From NCBI GenBank assembly GCA_964057225.1, contig OZ059900.1, forward strand, positions 14,694,001 to 14,758,000: a stretch of 64,000 nt of DNA. Reading direction: 5' to 3'. The notes beneath the pieces are model-generated. The model was not told where the DNA came from and made no database searches. It saw only the letters and a program-made list of their open reading frames with translations. A program made the position numbers and the translations under genes. Shown piece after piece: positions 37,701-51,123 of this stretch. This stretch comes from Auanema rhodensis (Eukaryota; Animalia; Nematoda). Numbering within the stretch: position 1 is the first letter of the stretch; every line of letters begins with the position of its first letter.

Positions 37701-40700
37701 TATATTAATTACGATGAAAAAAAATGGAACGTCAGCGTTAATCAATTGTTCATTGTAACACCAAACTTCAATTAGCTCTTTGAGTAAAGTAGGCCATAAA
37801 TCAAGATATGTTAGAGACAGTGTTTCATTTTTCTACTTTAATTCAAACTCACACTCTTAATGAAAGTTTCTAAGTGCAAATTCAATCCTCGGTAGTATAG
37901 TGGTGAGTATCCGCGTCTGTCACATGCGAGACCCGGGTTCAATTCCCGGCCGGGGAGAATGTTTTTGTTCTGATTCATCGTTATTGAATGTTATGCTATT
38001 TTTGTTTTCTTCAAAAAGTCGGATAAAAACGATAATTATTAGAAAAAAGATTGTTTTAAACTTTCTGCTTTTTCAAAAGTGATTTGAGCTTGTGATTTTT
38101 TTTTAAATTTTCAAACATTTCTATTTAATTTAAGTTTTCTATATTAATTACGATGAAAAAAATTGAAACGTCAGCGTTAATCAATTGTTCATTGTAACAC
38201 CAAACTTCAATTAGCTCTTTGCGTAAAGTAGGCCATAAATCAAGATATGTTAGAGACAGTGTTTCATTTTTCTACTATAATTCAAACTCACACTCTTAAT
38301 GAAAGTTTCTAAGTGCAAATTCAATCGTCGGTAGTATAGTGGTGAGTATCCGCGTCTGTCACATGCGAGACCCGGGTTCAATTCCCGGCCGGGGAGAATG
38401 TTTTTGTTCTGATTCATCGTTATTGAATGTTATGCTATTTTTGTTTTCTTCAAAAAGTCGGATAAAAACGATAATTATTAGAAAAAAGATTGTTTTAAAC
38501 TTTCTGCTTTTTCAAAAGTGATTTGAGCTTGTGATATTTTCTAAATTTTTAAACATTTCCATTTAATTTAAGTGTTCTATATTAATTACGATGAAAAAAA
38601 TTGAAACGTCAGCGTTAATCAATTGTTCATTGTAACACCAAACTTCAATTAGCTCTTTGAGTAAAGTAGGCCATAAATCAAGATATGTTAGAGACAGTGT
38701 TTCATTTTTCTACTATAATTCAAACTCACACTCTTAATGAAAGTTTCTAAGTGCAAATTCAATCGTCGGTAGTATAGTGGTGAGTATCCGCGTCTGTCAC
38801 ATGCGAGACCCGGGATCAATTCCCGGCCGGGGAGAATGTTTTTGTTCTGATTCATCGTTATTGAATGTTATGCTATTTTTGTTTTCTTCCAAAAGTCGAA
38901 TTAAAAAGATAATTATTAGAAAAAAGGTTATTTTAAACTTTCTGTTTTTTCAAAAGTGATTTGAGCTTGTGATTTTTTTTTAAATTTTCAAACATTTCTA
39001 TTTAATTTAAGTTTTCTATATTAATTACGATGAAAAAAATGGAACGTCAGCGTTAATCAATTGTTCATTGTAACACCAAACTTCAATTAGCTCTTTGAGT
39101 AAAGTAGGCCATAAATCAAGATATGTTAGAGACAGTGTTTCATTTTTCTACTTTAATTCAAACTCACACTCTTAATGAAAGTTTCTAAGTGCAAATTCAA
39201 TCCTCGGTAGTATAGTGGTGAGTATCCGCGTCTGTCACATGCGAGACCCGGGTTCAATTCCCGGCCGGGGAGAATGTTTTTGTTCTGATTCATCGTTATT
39301 GAATGTTATGCTATTTTTGTTTTCTTCAAAAAGTCGGATAAAAACGATAATTATTAGAAAAAAGATTGTTTTAAACTTTCTGCTTTTTCAAAAGTGATTT
39401 GAGCTTGTGATTTTTTTTTAAATTTTCAAACATTTCTATTTAATTTAAGTTTTCTATATTAATTACGATGAAAAAAATTGAAACGTCAGCGTTAATCAAT
39501 TGTTCATTGTAACACCAAACTTCAATTAGCTCTTTGCGTAAAGTAGGCCATAAATCAAGATATGTTAGAGACAGTGTTTCATTTTTCTACTATAATTCAA
39601 ACTCACACTCTTAATGAAAGTTTCTAAGTGCAAATTCAATCGTCGGTAGTATAGTGGTGAGTATCCGCGTCTGTCACATGCGAGACCCGGGTTCAATTCC
39701 CGGCCGGGGAGAATGTTTTTGTTCTGATTCATCGTTATTGAATGTTATGCTAATTTTGTTTTCTTCAAAAAGTCGGATAAAAACGATAATTATTAGAAAA
39801 AAGATTGTTTTAAACTTTCTGCTTTTTCAAAAGTGATTTGAGCTTGTGATTTTTTTTTAAATTTTCAAACATTTCTATTTAATTTAAGTGTTCTATATTA
39901 ATTACGATGAAAAAAATTGAAACGTCAGCGTTAATCAATTGTTCATTGTAACACCAAACTTCAATTAGCTCTTTGAGTAAAGTAGGCCATAAATCAAGAT
40001 ATGTTAGAGACAGTGTTTCATTTTTCTACTTTAATTCAAACTCACACTCTTAATGAAAGTTTCTAAGTGCAAATTCAATCGTCGGTAGTATAGTGGTGAG
40101 TATCCGCGTCTGTCACATGCGAGACCCGGGTTCAATTCCCGGCCAAGGAGAATGTTTTTGTTCTGATTCATCGTTATTGAATGTTATGCTATTTTTGTTT
40201 TCTTCAAAAAGTCGGATAAAGACGATAATTATTAGAAAAAAGATTGTTTTAAACTTTCTGCTTTTTCAAAAGTGATTTGAGCTTGTGATTTTTTTTTAAA
40301 TTTTCAAACATTTCTATTTAATTTAAGTTTTCTATATTAATTACGATGAAAAAAATTGAAACGTCAGCGTTAATCAATTGTTCATTGTAACACCAAACTT
40401 CAATTAGCTCTTTGCGTAAAGTAGGCCATAAAACAAGATATGTTAGAGACAGTGTTTCATTTTTCTACTTTAATTCAAACTCACACTCTTAATGAAAGTT
40501 TCTAAGTGCAAATTCAATCCTCGGTAGTATAGTGGTGAGTATCCGCGTCTGTCACATGCGAGACCCGGGTTCAATTCCCGGCCGGGGAGAATGTTTTTGT
40601 TCTGATTCATCGTTATTGAATGTTATGCTAATTTTGTTTTCTTCAAAAAGTCGGATAAAAACGATAATTATTAGAAAAAAGATTGTTTTAAACTTTCTGC

Positions 40701-43700
40701 TTTTTCAAAAGTGATTTGAGCTTGTGATTTTTTTTTAAATTTTCAAACATTTCTATTTAATTTAACTGTTCTATATTAATTACGATGAAAAAAATTGAAA
40801 CGTCAGCGTTAATCAATTGTTCATTGTAACACCAAACTTCAATTAGCTCTTTGAGTAAAATAGGCCATAAAACAAGATATGTTAGAGACAGTGTTTCATT
40901 TTTCTACTTTAATTCAAACTCACACTCTTAATGAAAGTTTCTAAGTGCAAATTCAATCCTCGGTAGTATAGTGGTGAGTATCCGCGTCTGTCACATGCGA
41001 GACCCGGGTTCAATTCCCGGCCGGGGAGAATGTTTTTGTTCTGATTCATCGTTATTGAATGTTATGCTATTTTTGTTCTCTTCAAAAAGTCGGATAAAAA
41101 CGATAATTATTAGAAAAAAGATTGTTTTAAACTTTCTGCTTTTTCAAAAGTGATTTGAGCTTGTGATTTTTTTTTAAATTTTCAAACATTTCTATTTAAT
41201 TTAAGTGTTCTATCTTAATTACGATGAAAAAAATTGATACGTCAGCGTTTATCAATCGTTAATTGTAACACCAAACTTCAATTAGCTCTTTGAGTAAAGT
41301 AGGCCATAAATCAAGATATGTTAGAGACAGTGTTTCATTTTTCTACTTTAATTCAAACTCACACTCTTAATGAAAGTTTCTAAGTGCAAATTCAATCCTC
41401 GGTAGTATAGTGGTGAGTATCCGCGTCTGTCACATGCGAGACCCGGGTTCAATTCCCGGCCGGGGAGAATGTTTTTGTTCTGATTCATCGTTATTGAATG
41501 TTATGCTATTTTTGTTTTCTTCAAAAAGTCGGATAAAAACGATAATTATTAGAAAAAAGATCATTTTAAACTTTCTGCTTTTTCAAAAGTGATTTGAGCT
41601 TGTGATTTTTTTTTAAATTTTCAAACATTTCTATTTAATTTAAGTGTTCTATCTTAATTACGATGAAAAAAATTGATACGTCAGCGTTTATCAATCGTTA
41701 ATTGTAACACCAAACTTCAATTAGCTCTTTGAGTAAAGTAGGCCATAAATCAAGATATGTTAGAGACAGTGTTTCATTTTTCTACTTTAATTCAAACTCA
41801 CACTCTTAATGAAAGTTTCTAAGTGCAAATTCAATCCTCGGTAGTATAGCGGTGAGTATCCGCGTCTGTCACATGCGAGACCCGGGTTCAATTCCCGGCC
41901 AAGGAGAATGTTTTTGTTCTGATTCATCGTTATTGAATGTTATGCTATTTTTGTTTTCTTCAAAAAGTCGGATAAAGACGATAATTATTAGAAAAAAGAT
42001 TGTTTTAAACTTTCTGCTTTTTCAAAAGTGATTTGAGCTTGTGATTTTTTTTAAATTTTCAAACATTTCTATTTAATTTAAGTGTTCTATCTTAATTACG
42101 ATGAAAAAAATTGATACGTCAGCGTTTATCAATCGTTAATTGTAACACCAAACTTCAATTAGCTCTTTGAGTAAAGTAGGCCATAAATCAAGATATGTTA
42201 GAGACAGTGTTTCATTTTTCTACTATAATTCAAACTCACACTCTTAATGAAAGTTTCTAAGTGCAAATTCAATCCTCGGTAGTATAGTGGTGAGTATCCG
42301 CGTCTGTCACATGCGAGACCCGGGTTCAATTCCCGGCCGGGGAGAATGTTTTTGTTCTGATTCATCGTTATTGAATGTTATGCTATTTTTGTTTTCTTCA
42401 AAAAGTCGGATAAAAACGATAATTATTAGAAAAAAGATTATTTTAAACTTTCTGCTTTTTCAAAAGTGATTTGAGCTTGTGATTTTTTTTTAAATTTTCA
42501 AACATTTCTATTTAATTTAAGTGTTCTATCTTAATTACGATGAAAAAAATTGAAACGTCAGCGTTAATCAATCGTTAATTGTAACACCAAACTTCAATTA
42601 GCTCTTTGAGTAAAGTAGGCCATAAATCAAGATATGTTAGAGACAGTGTTTCATTTTTCTACTTTAATTCAAACTCACACTCTTAATGAAAGTTTCTAAG
42701 TGCAAATTCAATCCTCGGTAGTATAGTGGTGAGTATCCGCGTCTGTCACATGCGAGACCCGGGTTCAATTCCCGGCCGGGGAGAATGTTTTTGTTCTGAT
42801 TCATCGTTATTGAATGTTATGCTATTTTTGTTTTCTTCAAAAAGTCGGATAAAAACGATAATTATTAGAAAAAAGATTGTTTTAAACTTTCTGCTTTTTC
42901 AAAAGTGATTTGAGCTTGTGATTTTTTTTTAAATTTTCAAACATTTCTATTTAATTTAAGTGTTCTATCTTAATTACGATGAAAAAAATTGATACGTCAG
43001 CGTTTATCAATCGTTAATTGTAACACCAAAATTCAATTAGCTCTTTGAGTAAAGTAGGCCATAAATCAAGATATGTTAGAGACAGTGTTTCATTTTTCTA
43101 CTTTAATTCAAACTCACACTCTTAATGAAAGTTTCTAAGTGCAAATTCAATCCTCGGTAGTATAGCGGTGAGTATCCGCGTCTGTCACATGCGAGACCCG
43201 GGTTCAATTCCCGGCCAAGGAGAATGTTTTTGTTCTGATTCATCGTTATTGAATGTTATGCTATTTTTGTTTTCTTCAAAAAGTCGGATAAAGACGATAA
43301 TTATTAGAAAAAAGATTGTTTTAAACTTTCTGCTTTTTCAAAAGTGGTTTGAGCTTGTGATTTTTTTTTAAATTTTCAAACATTTCTATTTAATTTAAGT
43401 GTTCTATCTTAATTACGATGAAAAAAATTGATACGTCAGCGTTTATCAATCGTTAATTGTAACACCAAACTTCAATTAGCTCTTTGAGTAAAGTAGGCCA
43501 TAAATCAAGATATGTTAGAGACAGTGTTTCATTTTTCTACTTTAATTCAAATTCACACTCTTAATGAAAGTTTCTAAGTGCAAATTCAATCCTCGGTAGT
43601 ATAGTGGTGAGTATCCGCGTCTGTCACATGCGAGACCCGAGTTCAATTCCCGGCCAAGGAGAATGTTTTTGTTCTGATTCATCGTTATTGAATGTTATGC

Positions 43701-46700
43701 TATTTTTGTTTTTTTCCAAAAGTCGGATAAAAAAGATAATTATTAGAAAAAAGATTGTTTTAAACTTTCTGCTTTTTCAAAAGTGGTTTCAGCTTGTGAT
43801 TTTTTTTTAAATTTTCAAACATTTCTATTTAATTTAAGTGTTCTATCTTAATTACGATGAAAAAATTGATACGTCAGCGTTTATCAATCGTTAATTGTAA
43901 CACCAAACTTCAATTAGCTCTTTGAGTAAAGTAGGCCATAAATCAAGATATGTTAGAGACAGTGTTTCATTTTTCTACTTTAATTCAAACTCACACTCTT
44001 AATGAAAGTTTCTAAGTGCAAATTCAATCCTCGGTAGTATAGTGGTGAGTATCCGCGTCTGTCACATGCGAGACCCGGGTTCAATTCCCGGCCGGGGAGA
44101 ATGTTTTTGTTCTGATTCATCGTTATTGAATGTTATGCTATTTTTGTTTTCTTCCAAAAGTCGGATAAAAAAGATAATTATTAGAAAAAAGGTTGTTTTA
44201 TTTTAAACTTTCTGTTTTTTCAAAAGTGATTTGAGCTTGTGTTTTTTTTCTAAATTGTTAAACATTTCCATTTAATTTAAGTGTTCTATCTTAATTACGA
44301 TGAAAAAAATTGATACGTCAGCGTTTATCAATCGTTAATTGTAACACCAAACTTCAATTAGCTCTTTGAGTAAAGTAGGCCATAAATCAATATATGTTAG
44401 AGACAGTGTTTCATTTTTCTACTTTAATTCAAACTCACACTCTTAATGAAAGTTTCTAAGTGCAAATTCAATCCTCGGTAGTATAGTGGTGAGTATCCGC
44501 GTCTGTCACATGCGAGACCCGGGTTCAATTCCCGGCCGGGGAGAATGTTTTTGTTCTGATTCATCGTTATTGAATGTTATGCTATTTTTGTTTTCTTCAA
44601 AAAGTCGGATAAAAACGATAATTATTAGAAAAAAGATTGTTTTAAACTTTCTGCTTTTTCAAAAGTGATTTGAGCTTGTGATTTTTTTCTAAATTTTCAA
44701 ACATTTCTATTTAATTTAAGTGTTCTATCCTAATTACGATGAAAAAAATTGATACGTCAGCGTTTATCAATCGTTAATTGTAACACCAAACTTCAATTAG
44801 CTCTTTGAGTGAAGTAGGCCATAAGTCAAGATATGTTAGAGACAGTGTTTCATTTTTCTACTTTAATTCAAACTCACACTCTTAATGAAAGTTTCTAAGT
44901 GCAAATTCAATCCTCGGTAGTATAGTGGTGAGTATCCGCGTCTGTCACATGCGAGACCCGGGTTCAATTCCCGGCCAAGGAGAATGTTTTTGTTCTGATT
45001 CATCGTTATTGAATGTTATGCTATTTTTGTTTTTTTCCAAAAGTCGGATAAAAAAGATAATTATTAGAAAAAAGATTGTTTTAAACTTTCTGCTTTTTCA
45101 AAAGTGGTTTCAGCTTGTGATTTTTTTTTAAATTTTCAAACATTTCTATTTAATTTAAGTGTTCTATCTTAATTACGATGAAAAAAATTGATACGTCAGC
45201 GTTTATCAATCGTTAATTGTAACACCAAACTTCAATTAGCTCTTTGAGTAAAGTAGGCCATAAATCAAGATATGTTAGAGACAGTGTTTCATTTTTCTAC
45301 TTTAATTCAAACTCACACTCTTAATGAAAGTTTCTAAGTGCAAATTCAATCCTCGGTAGTATAGTGGTGAGTATCCGCGTCTGTCACATGCGAGACCCGG
45401 GTTCAATTCCCGGCCGGGGAGAATGTTTTTGTTCTGATTCATCGTTATTGGATGTTATGCTATTTTTGTTTTGTTCAAAAAGTCGGATAAAAACGATAAT
45501 TATTAGAAAAAAGATTGTTTTAAACTTTCTGCTTTTTCAAAAGTGATTTGAGCTTGTGATTTTTTTTTAAATTTTCAAACATTTCTATTTAATTTAAGTG
45601 TTCTATCTTAATTACGATGAACAAAATTGATACGTCAGCGTTAATCAATCGTTAATTGTAACACCGAACTTCAATTAGCTCTTTGAGTAAAGTAGGCCAT
45701 AAGTCAAGATATGTTAGAGACAGTGTTTCATTTTTCTACTTTAATTCAAACTCACACTCTTAATGAAAGTTTCTAAGTGCAAATTCAATCCTCGGTAGTA
45801 TAGTGGTGAGTATCCGCGTCTGTCACATGCGAGACCCGGGTTCAATTCCCGGCCGGGGAGAATGTTTTTGTTCTGATTCATCGTTATTGAATGTTATGCT
45901 ATTTTTGTTTTCTTCAAAAAGTCGGATAAAAACGATAATTATTAGAAAAAAGATTGTTTTAAATTTTCTGCTTTTTCAAAAGTGATTTGAGCTTGTGATT
46001 TTTTTCTAAATTTTCAAACATTTCTATTTAATTTAAGTGTTCTATCCTAATTACGATGAAAAAAATTGATACGTCAGCGTTTATCAATCGTTAATTGTAA
46101 CACCAAACTTCAATTAGCTCTTTGAGTAAAGTAGGCCATAAGTCAAGATATGTTAGAGACAGTGTTTCATTTTTCTACTTTAATTCAAACTCACACTCTT
46201 AATGAAAGTTTCTAAGTGCAAATTCAATCCTCGGTAGTATAGTGGTGAGTATCCGCGTCTGTCACATGCGAGACCCGGGTTCAATTCCCGGCCGGGGAGA
46301 ATGTTTTTGTTCTGATTCATCGTTATTGAATGTTATGCTATTTTTGTTTTGTTCAAAAAGTCGGATAAAAACGATAATTATTAGAAAAAAGATTGTTTTA
46401 AACTTTCTGCTTTTTCAAAAGTGATTTGAGCTTGTGATTTTTCTTAAATTTTCAAACATTTCTATTTAATTTAAGTGTTCTATCTTATTTACGATGAAAA
46501 AAATTGATACGTCAGCGTTTATCAATCGTTAATTGTAACACCAAACTTCAATTAGCTCTTTGAGTAAAGTAGGCCATAAATCAAGATATGTTAGAGACAG
46601 TGTTTCATTTTTCTACTTTAATTCAAACTCACACTCTTAATGAAAGTTTCTAAGTGCAAATTCAATCCTCGGTAGTATAGTGGTGAGTATCCGCGTCTGT

Positions 46701-49700
46701 CACATGCGAGACCCGGGTTCAATTCCCGGCCGGAGAGAATGTTTTTGTTCTGATTCATCGTTATTGAATGTTATGCTATTTTTGTTTTCTTCAAAAAGTC
46801 GGATAAAAACGATAATTATTAGAAAAAAGATTGTTTTAAACTTTCTGCTTTTTCAAAAGTGATTTGAGCTTGTGATTTTTTTTAAATTTTCAAACATTTC
46901 TATTTAATTTAAGTGTTCTATCTTAATTACGATGAAAAAAATAGATACGTCAGCGTTTATCAATCGTTAATTGTAACACCAAACTTCAATTAGCTCTTTG
47001 AGTAAAGTAGGCCATAAGTCAAGATATGTTAGAGACAGTGTTTCATTTTTCTACTTTAATTCAAACTCACACTCTTAATGAAAGTTTCTAAGTGCAAATT
47101 CAATCCTCGGTAGTATAGTGGTGAGTATCCGCGTCTGTCACATGCGAGACCCGGGTTCAATTCCCGGCCGGGGAGAATGTTTTTGTTCTGATTCATCGTT
47201 ATTGAATGTTACGCTATTTTTGTTTTGTTCAAAAAGTCGGATAAAAACGATAATTATTAGAAAAAAGATTGTTTTAAACTTTCTGCTTTTTCAAAAGTGA
47301 TTTGAGCTTGTGATTTTTTTTAAATTTTCAAACATTTCTATTCAATTTAAGTGTTCTATCTTAATAACGATGAAAAAAATTGATACGTCAGCGTTTATCA
47401 ATCGTTAATTGTAACACCAAACTTCAATTAGCTCTTTGAGTAAAGTAGGCCATAAATCAAGATATGTTAGAGACAGTGTTTCATTTTTCTACTTTAATTC
47501 AAACTCACACTCTTAATGAAAGTTTCTAAGTGCAAATTCAATCCTCGGTAGTATAGTGGTGAGTATCCGCGTCTGTCACATGCGAGACCCGGGTTCAATT
47601 CCCGGCCGGAGAGAATGTTTTTGTTCTGATTCATCGTTATTGAATGTTATGCTATTTTTGTTTTCTTCAAAAAGTCGGATAAAAACGATAATTATTAGAA
47701 AAAAGATTGTTTTAAACTTTCTGCTTTTTCAAAAGTGATTTGAGCTTGTGATTTTTTTTTAAATTTTCAAACATTTCTATTTAATTTAAGTGTTCTATCT
47801 TAATTACGATGAAAAAAATTGATACGTCAGCGTTAATCAATCGTTAATTGTAACACCAAACTTCAATTAGCTCTTTGAGTAAAGTAGGCCATAAATCAAG
47901 ATATGTTAGAGACAGTGTTTCATTTTTCTACTTTATTTCAAACTCACACTCTTAATGAAAGTTTCTAAGTGCAAATTCAATCCTCGGTAGTATAGTGGTG
48001 AGTATCCGCGTCTGTCACATGCGAGACCCGGGTTCAATTCCCGGCCGGGGAGAATGTTTTTGTTCTGATTCATCGTTATTGAATGTTATGCTATTTTTGT
48101 TTTCTTCAAAAAGTCGGATAAAAACGATAATTATTAGAAAAAAGATTGTTTTAAACTTTCTGCTTTTTCAAAAGTGATTTGAGCTTGTGATTTTTTTTAA
48201 ATTTTCAAACATTTCTATTTAATTTAAGTGTTCTATCTTAATTACGATGAAAAAAATTGATACGTCAGCGTTTATCAATCGTTAATTGTAACACCAAACT
48301 TCAATTAGCTCTTTGAGTAAAGTAGGCCATAAATCAAGATATGTTAGAGACAGTGTTTCATTTTTCTACTTTAATTCAAACTCACACTCTTAATGAAAGT
48401 TTCTAAGTGCAAATTCAATCCTCGGTAGTATAGTGGTGAGTATCCGCGTCTGTCACATGCGAGACCCGGGTTCAATTCCCGGCCGGGGAGAATGTTTTTG
48501 TTCTGATTCATCGTTATTGAATGTTATGCTATTTTTGTTTTCTTCAAAAAGTCGGATAAAAACGATAATTATTAGAAAAAAGATTGTTTTAAACATTTCT
48601 ATTTAATTTAAGTGTTCTATCTTAATTACGATGAAAAAAATTGATACGTCAGCGTTTATCAATCGTTAATTGTAACACCAAACTTCAATTAGCTCTTTGA
48701 GTAAAGTAGGCCATAAGTCAAGATATGTTAGAGACAGTGTTTCATTTTTCTACTTTAATTCAAACTCACACTCTTAATGAAAGTTTCTAAGTGCAAATTC
48801 AATCCTCGGTAGTATAGTGGTGAGTATCCGCGTCTGTCACATGCGAGACCCGGGTTCAATTCCCGGCCGGGGAGAATGTTTTTGTTCTGATTCATCGTTA
48901 TTGAATGTTACGCTATTTTTGTTTTGTTCAAAAAGTCGGATAAAAACGATAATTATTAGAAAAAAGATTGTTTTAAACTTTCTGCTTTTTCAAAAGTGAT
49001 TTGAGCTTGTGATTTTTTTTAAATTTTCAAACATTTCTATTTAATTTAAGTGTTCTATCTTAATAACGATGAAAAAAATTGATACGTCAGCGTTTATCAA
49101 TCGTTAATTGTAACACCAAACTTCAATTAGCTCTTTGAGTAAAGTAGGCCATAAATCAAGATATGTTAGAGACAGTGTTTCATTTTTCTACTTTAATTCA
49201 AACTCACACTCTTAATGAAAGTTTCTAAGTGCAAATTCAATCCTCGGTAGTATAGTGGTGAGTATCCGCGTCTGTCACATGCGAGACCCGGGTTCAATTC
49301 CCGGCCGGAGAGAATGTTTTTGTTCTGATTCATCGTTATTGAATGTTATGCTATTTTGGTTTTCTTCAAAAAGTCGGATAAAAACGATAATTATTAGAAA
49401 AAAGATTGTTTTAAACTTTCTGCTTTTTCAAAAGTGATTTGAGCTTGTGATTTTTTTTTAAATTTTCAAACATTTCTATTTAATTTAAGTGTTCTATCTC
49501 AATTACGATGAAAAAAATTGATACGTCAGCGTTTATCAATCGTTAATTGTAACACCAAACTTCAATTAGCTCTTTGAGTAAAGTAGGCCATAAATCAAGA
49601 TATGTTAGAGACAGTGTTTCATTTTTCTACTTTAATTCAAACTCACACTCTTAATGAAAGTTTCTAAGTGCAAATTCAATCCTCGGTAGTATAGTGGTGA

Positions 49701-50118
49701 GTATCCGCGTCTGTCACATGCGAGACCCGGGTTCAATTCCAGGCCGGGGAGAATGTTTTTGTTCTGATTCATCGTTATTGAATGTTATGCTATTTTTGTT
49801 TTCTTCAAAAAGTCGGATAAAAACGATAATTATTAGAAAAAAGATTGTTTTAAACTTTCTGCTTTTTCAAAAGTGGTTTGAGCTTGTGATTTTTTTTTAA
49901 ATTTTCAAACATTTCTATTTAATTTAAGTGTTCTATCTTAATTACGATGAAAAAAATTGATACGTCAGCGTTTATCAATCGTTAATTGTAACACCAAACT
50001 TCAATTAGCTCTTTGAGTAAAGTAGGCCATAAATCAAGATATGTTAGAGACAGTGTTTCATTTTTCTACTTTAATTCAAACTCACACTCTTAATGTAAGT
50101 TTCTAAGTGCAAATTCAA

Positions 50119-50190
50119 TCCTCGGTAGTATAGTGGTGAGTATCCGCGTCTGTCACATGCGAGACCCGGGTTCAATTCCCGGCCGGGGAG
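50119..50190 (+). tRNA. tRNA-Asp: tRNA-Asp(GTC), last plus-strand copy
   Basis: Consensus 72-nt sequence. Confidence 0.96.
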
Positions 50191-50496
50191 AATGTTTTTG
50201 TTCTGATTCATCGTTATTGAATGTTATGCTATTTTTGTTTTTTTCCAAAAGTCGGATAAAAAAGATAATTATTAGAAAAAAGGTTGTTTTAAACTTTCTG
50301 TTTTTTCAAAAGTGATTTGAGCTTGTGTTTTTTTTCTAAATTTTTAAACATTTCCATTTAATTTAAATGTTCTATCTCAATTACGATGAAAAAAAAACGG
50401 AACGTCAGCGTTAATCAATTGTTCATTTTAACACCAAACTTCAATTAGCTCTTTGAGTAAAGTAGGCCATAAATCAATATATGTTAGAGACAGTGT

Positions 50497-50528
50497 TGTC
50501 GCGATAAGCGAGTAGGTTTTGTTTTTGT

Positions 50529-50583
<55 letters not shown>

Positions 50584-50835
50584 ATCTCTCTTTATCTCCT
50601 TCCTTTGTAACTAGATCAAAACACATATGCATAACATATGTGTTAACATGTGGCATAAGTAACAGTTTATTTCAGACGACCGCCCAACAACGGAGGACAG
50701 TCTTACATTTTCTACGTTCGCAGTCAGTGATTTTATTCCGTGCTTGTCTTGTTAATTCATCAATAAACCCTTTTCTACATATTTACTTTGTGTTTTACTT
50801 CCAACCATACTATACACTTGTGGTATAACGCCACA
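50497..50835 (+). repeat. LTR (~339 bp), TG...CA
   Basis: Starts TGT at the array break and ends ACA 3 nt before the PBS; contains a polyA signal and a (TC)n tract. Confidence 0.7.
50531..50591 (+). repeat. (TC)n microsatellite inside the LTR
   Basis: More than 20 TC units with occasional TA interruptions. Confidence 0.95.
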
Positions 50836-50838
50836 AAT

Positions 50839-50850
50839 TGGTGCATCGGC
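50839..50850 (+). promoter_or_regulatory. Primer-binding site, tRNA-Gly
   Basis: TGGTGCATCGGC is complementary to the tRNA-Gly(GCC) 3' end ...GCCGATGCA-CCA (recalled). Confidence 0.75.
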
Positions 50851-51123
50851 TAGTTTAGATCTTAGCCGCTTTAAGTCCCGCGTGGCAGGTGAGATACAAC
50901 TCGAACCAAGCGTGTTTGAGCAAAAAACATACTTAATAAAAATCGTGGCGATCATAAGTCCACGTCAAGTCACACCAAACAGACTTGAACAATAAGCAAA
51001 CTCTGAAATTAGAAACAGAGGTTTCAATTTCCTTACGTTCACATATACTGTGATCACCAAACAAACAAAGAAAAAAGAAAACAAAAAAGGAATATAAGCA
51101 TTATTCCTACATCTACAACAAAA

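Larger units (their letters stand above)
13560..50496 (+). repeat. Tandem tRNA-Asp(GTC) array, plus strand, 84 genes, unit 438-444 bp
   Basis: First gene 13714-13785, last 50119-50190; each gene starts 14 nt before the GTG of the repeated spurious ORF; mean period ~438.6 bp. Confidence 0.97.

Noticed and set aside
13728-50315. Repeated 60-75-aa ORF 'MVSIRVCHMRDPG...' as a multicopy protein gene (also on the minus strand)
   Set aside because: It is a GTG-started translation of the tRNA-Asp gene plus AT-rich spacer, and stops and frameshifts vary freely among units.
13560-50496. CRISPR array or SINE cluster
   Set aside because: Spacers are near-identical rather than unique, there are no cas genes, and the units have no poly-A tails or TSDs; each unit holds a complete tRNA with a terminator.
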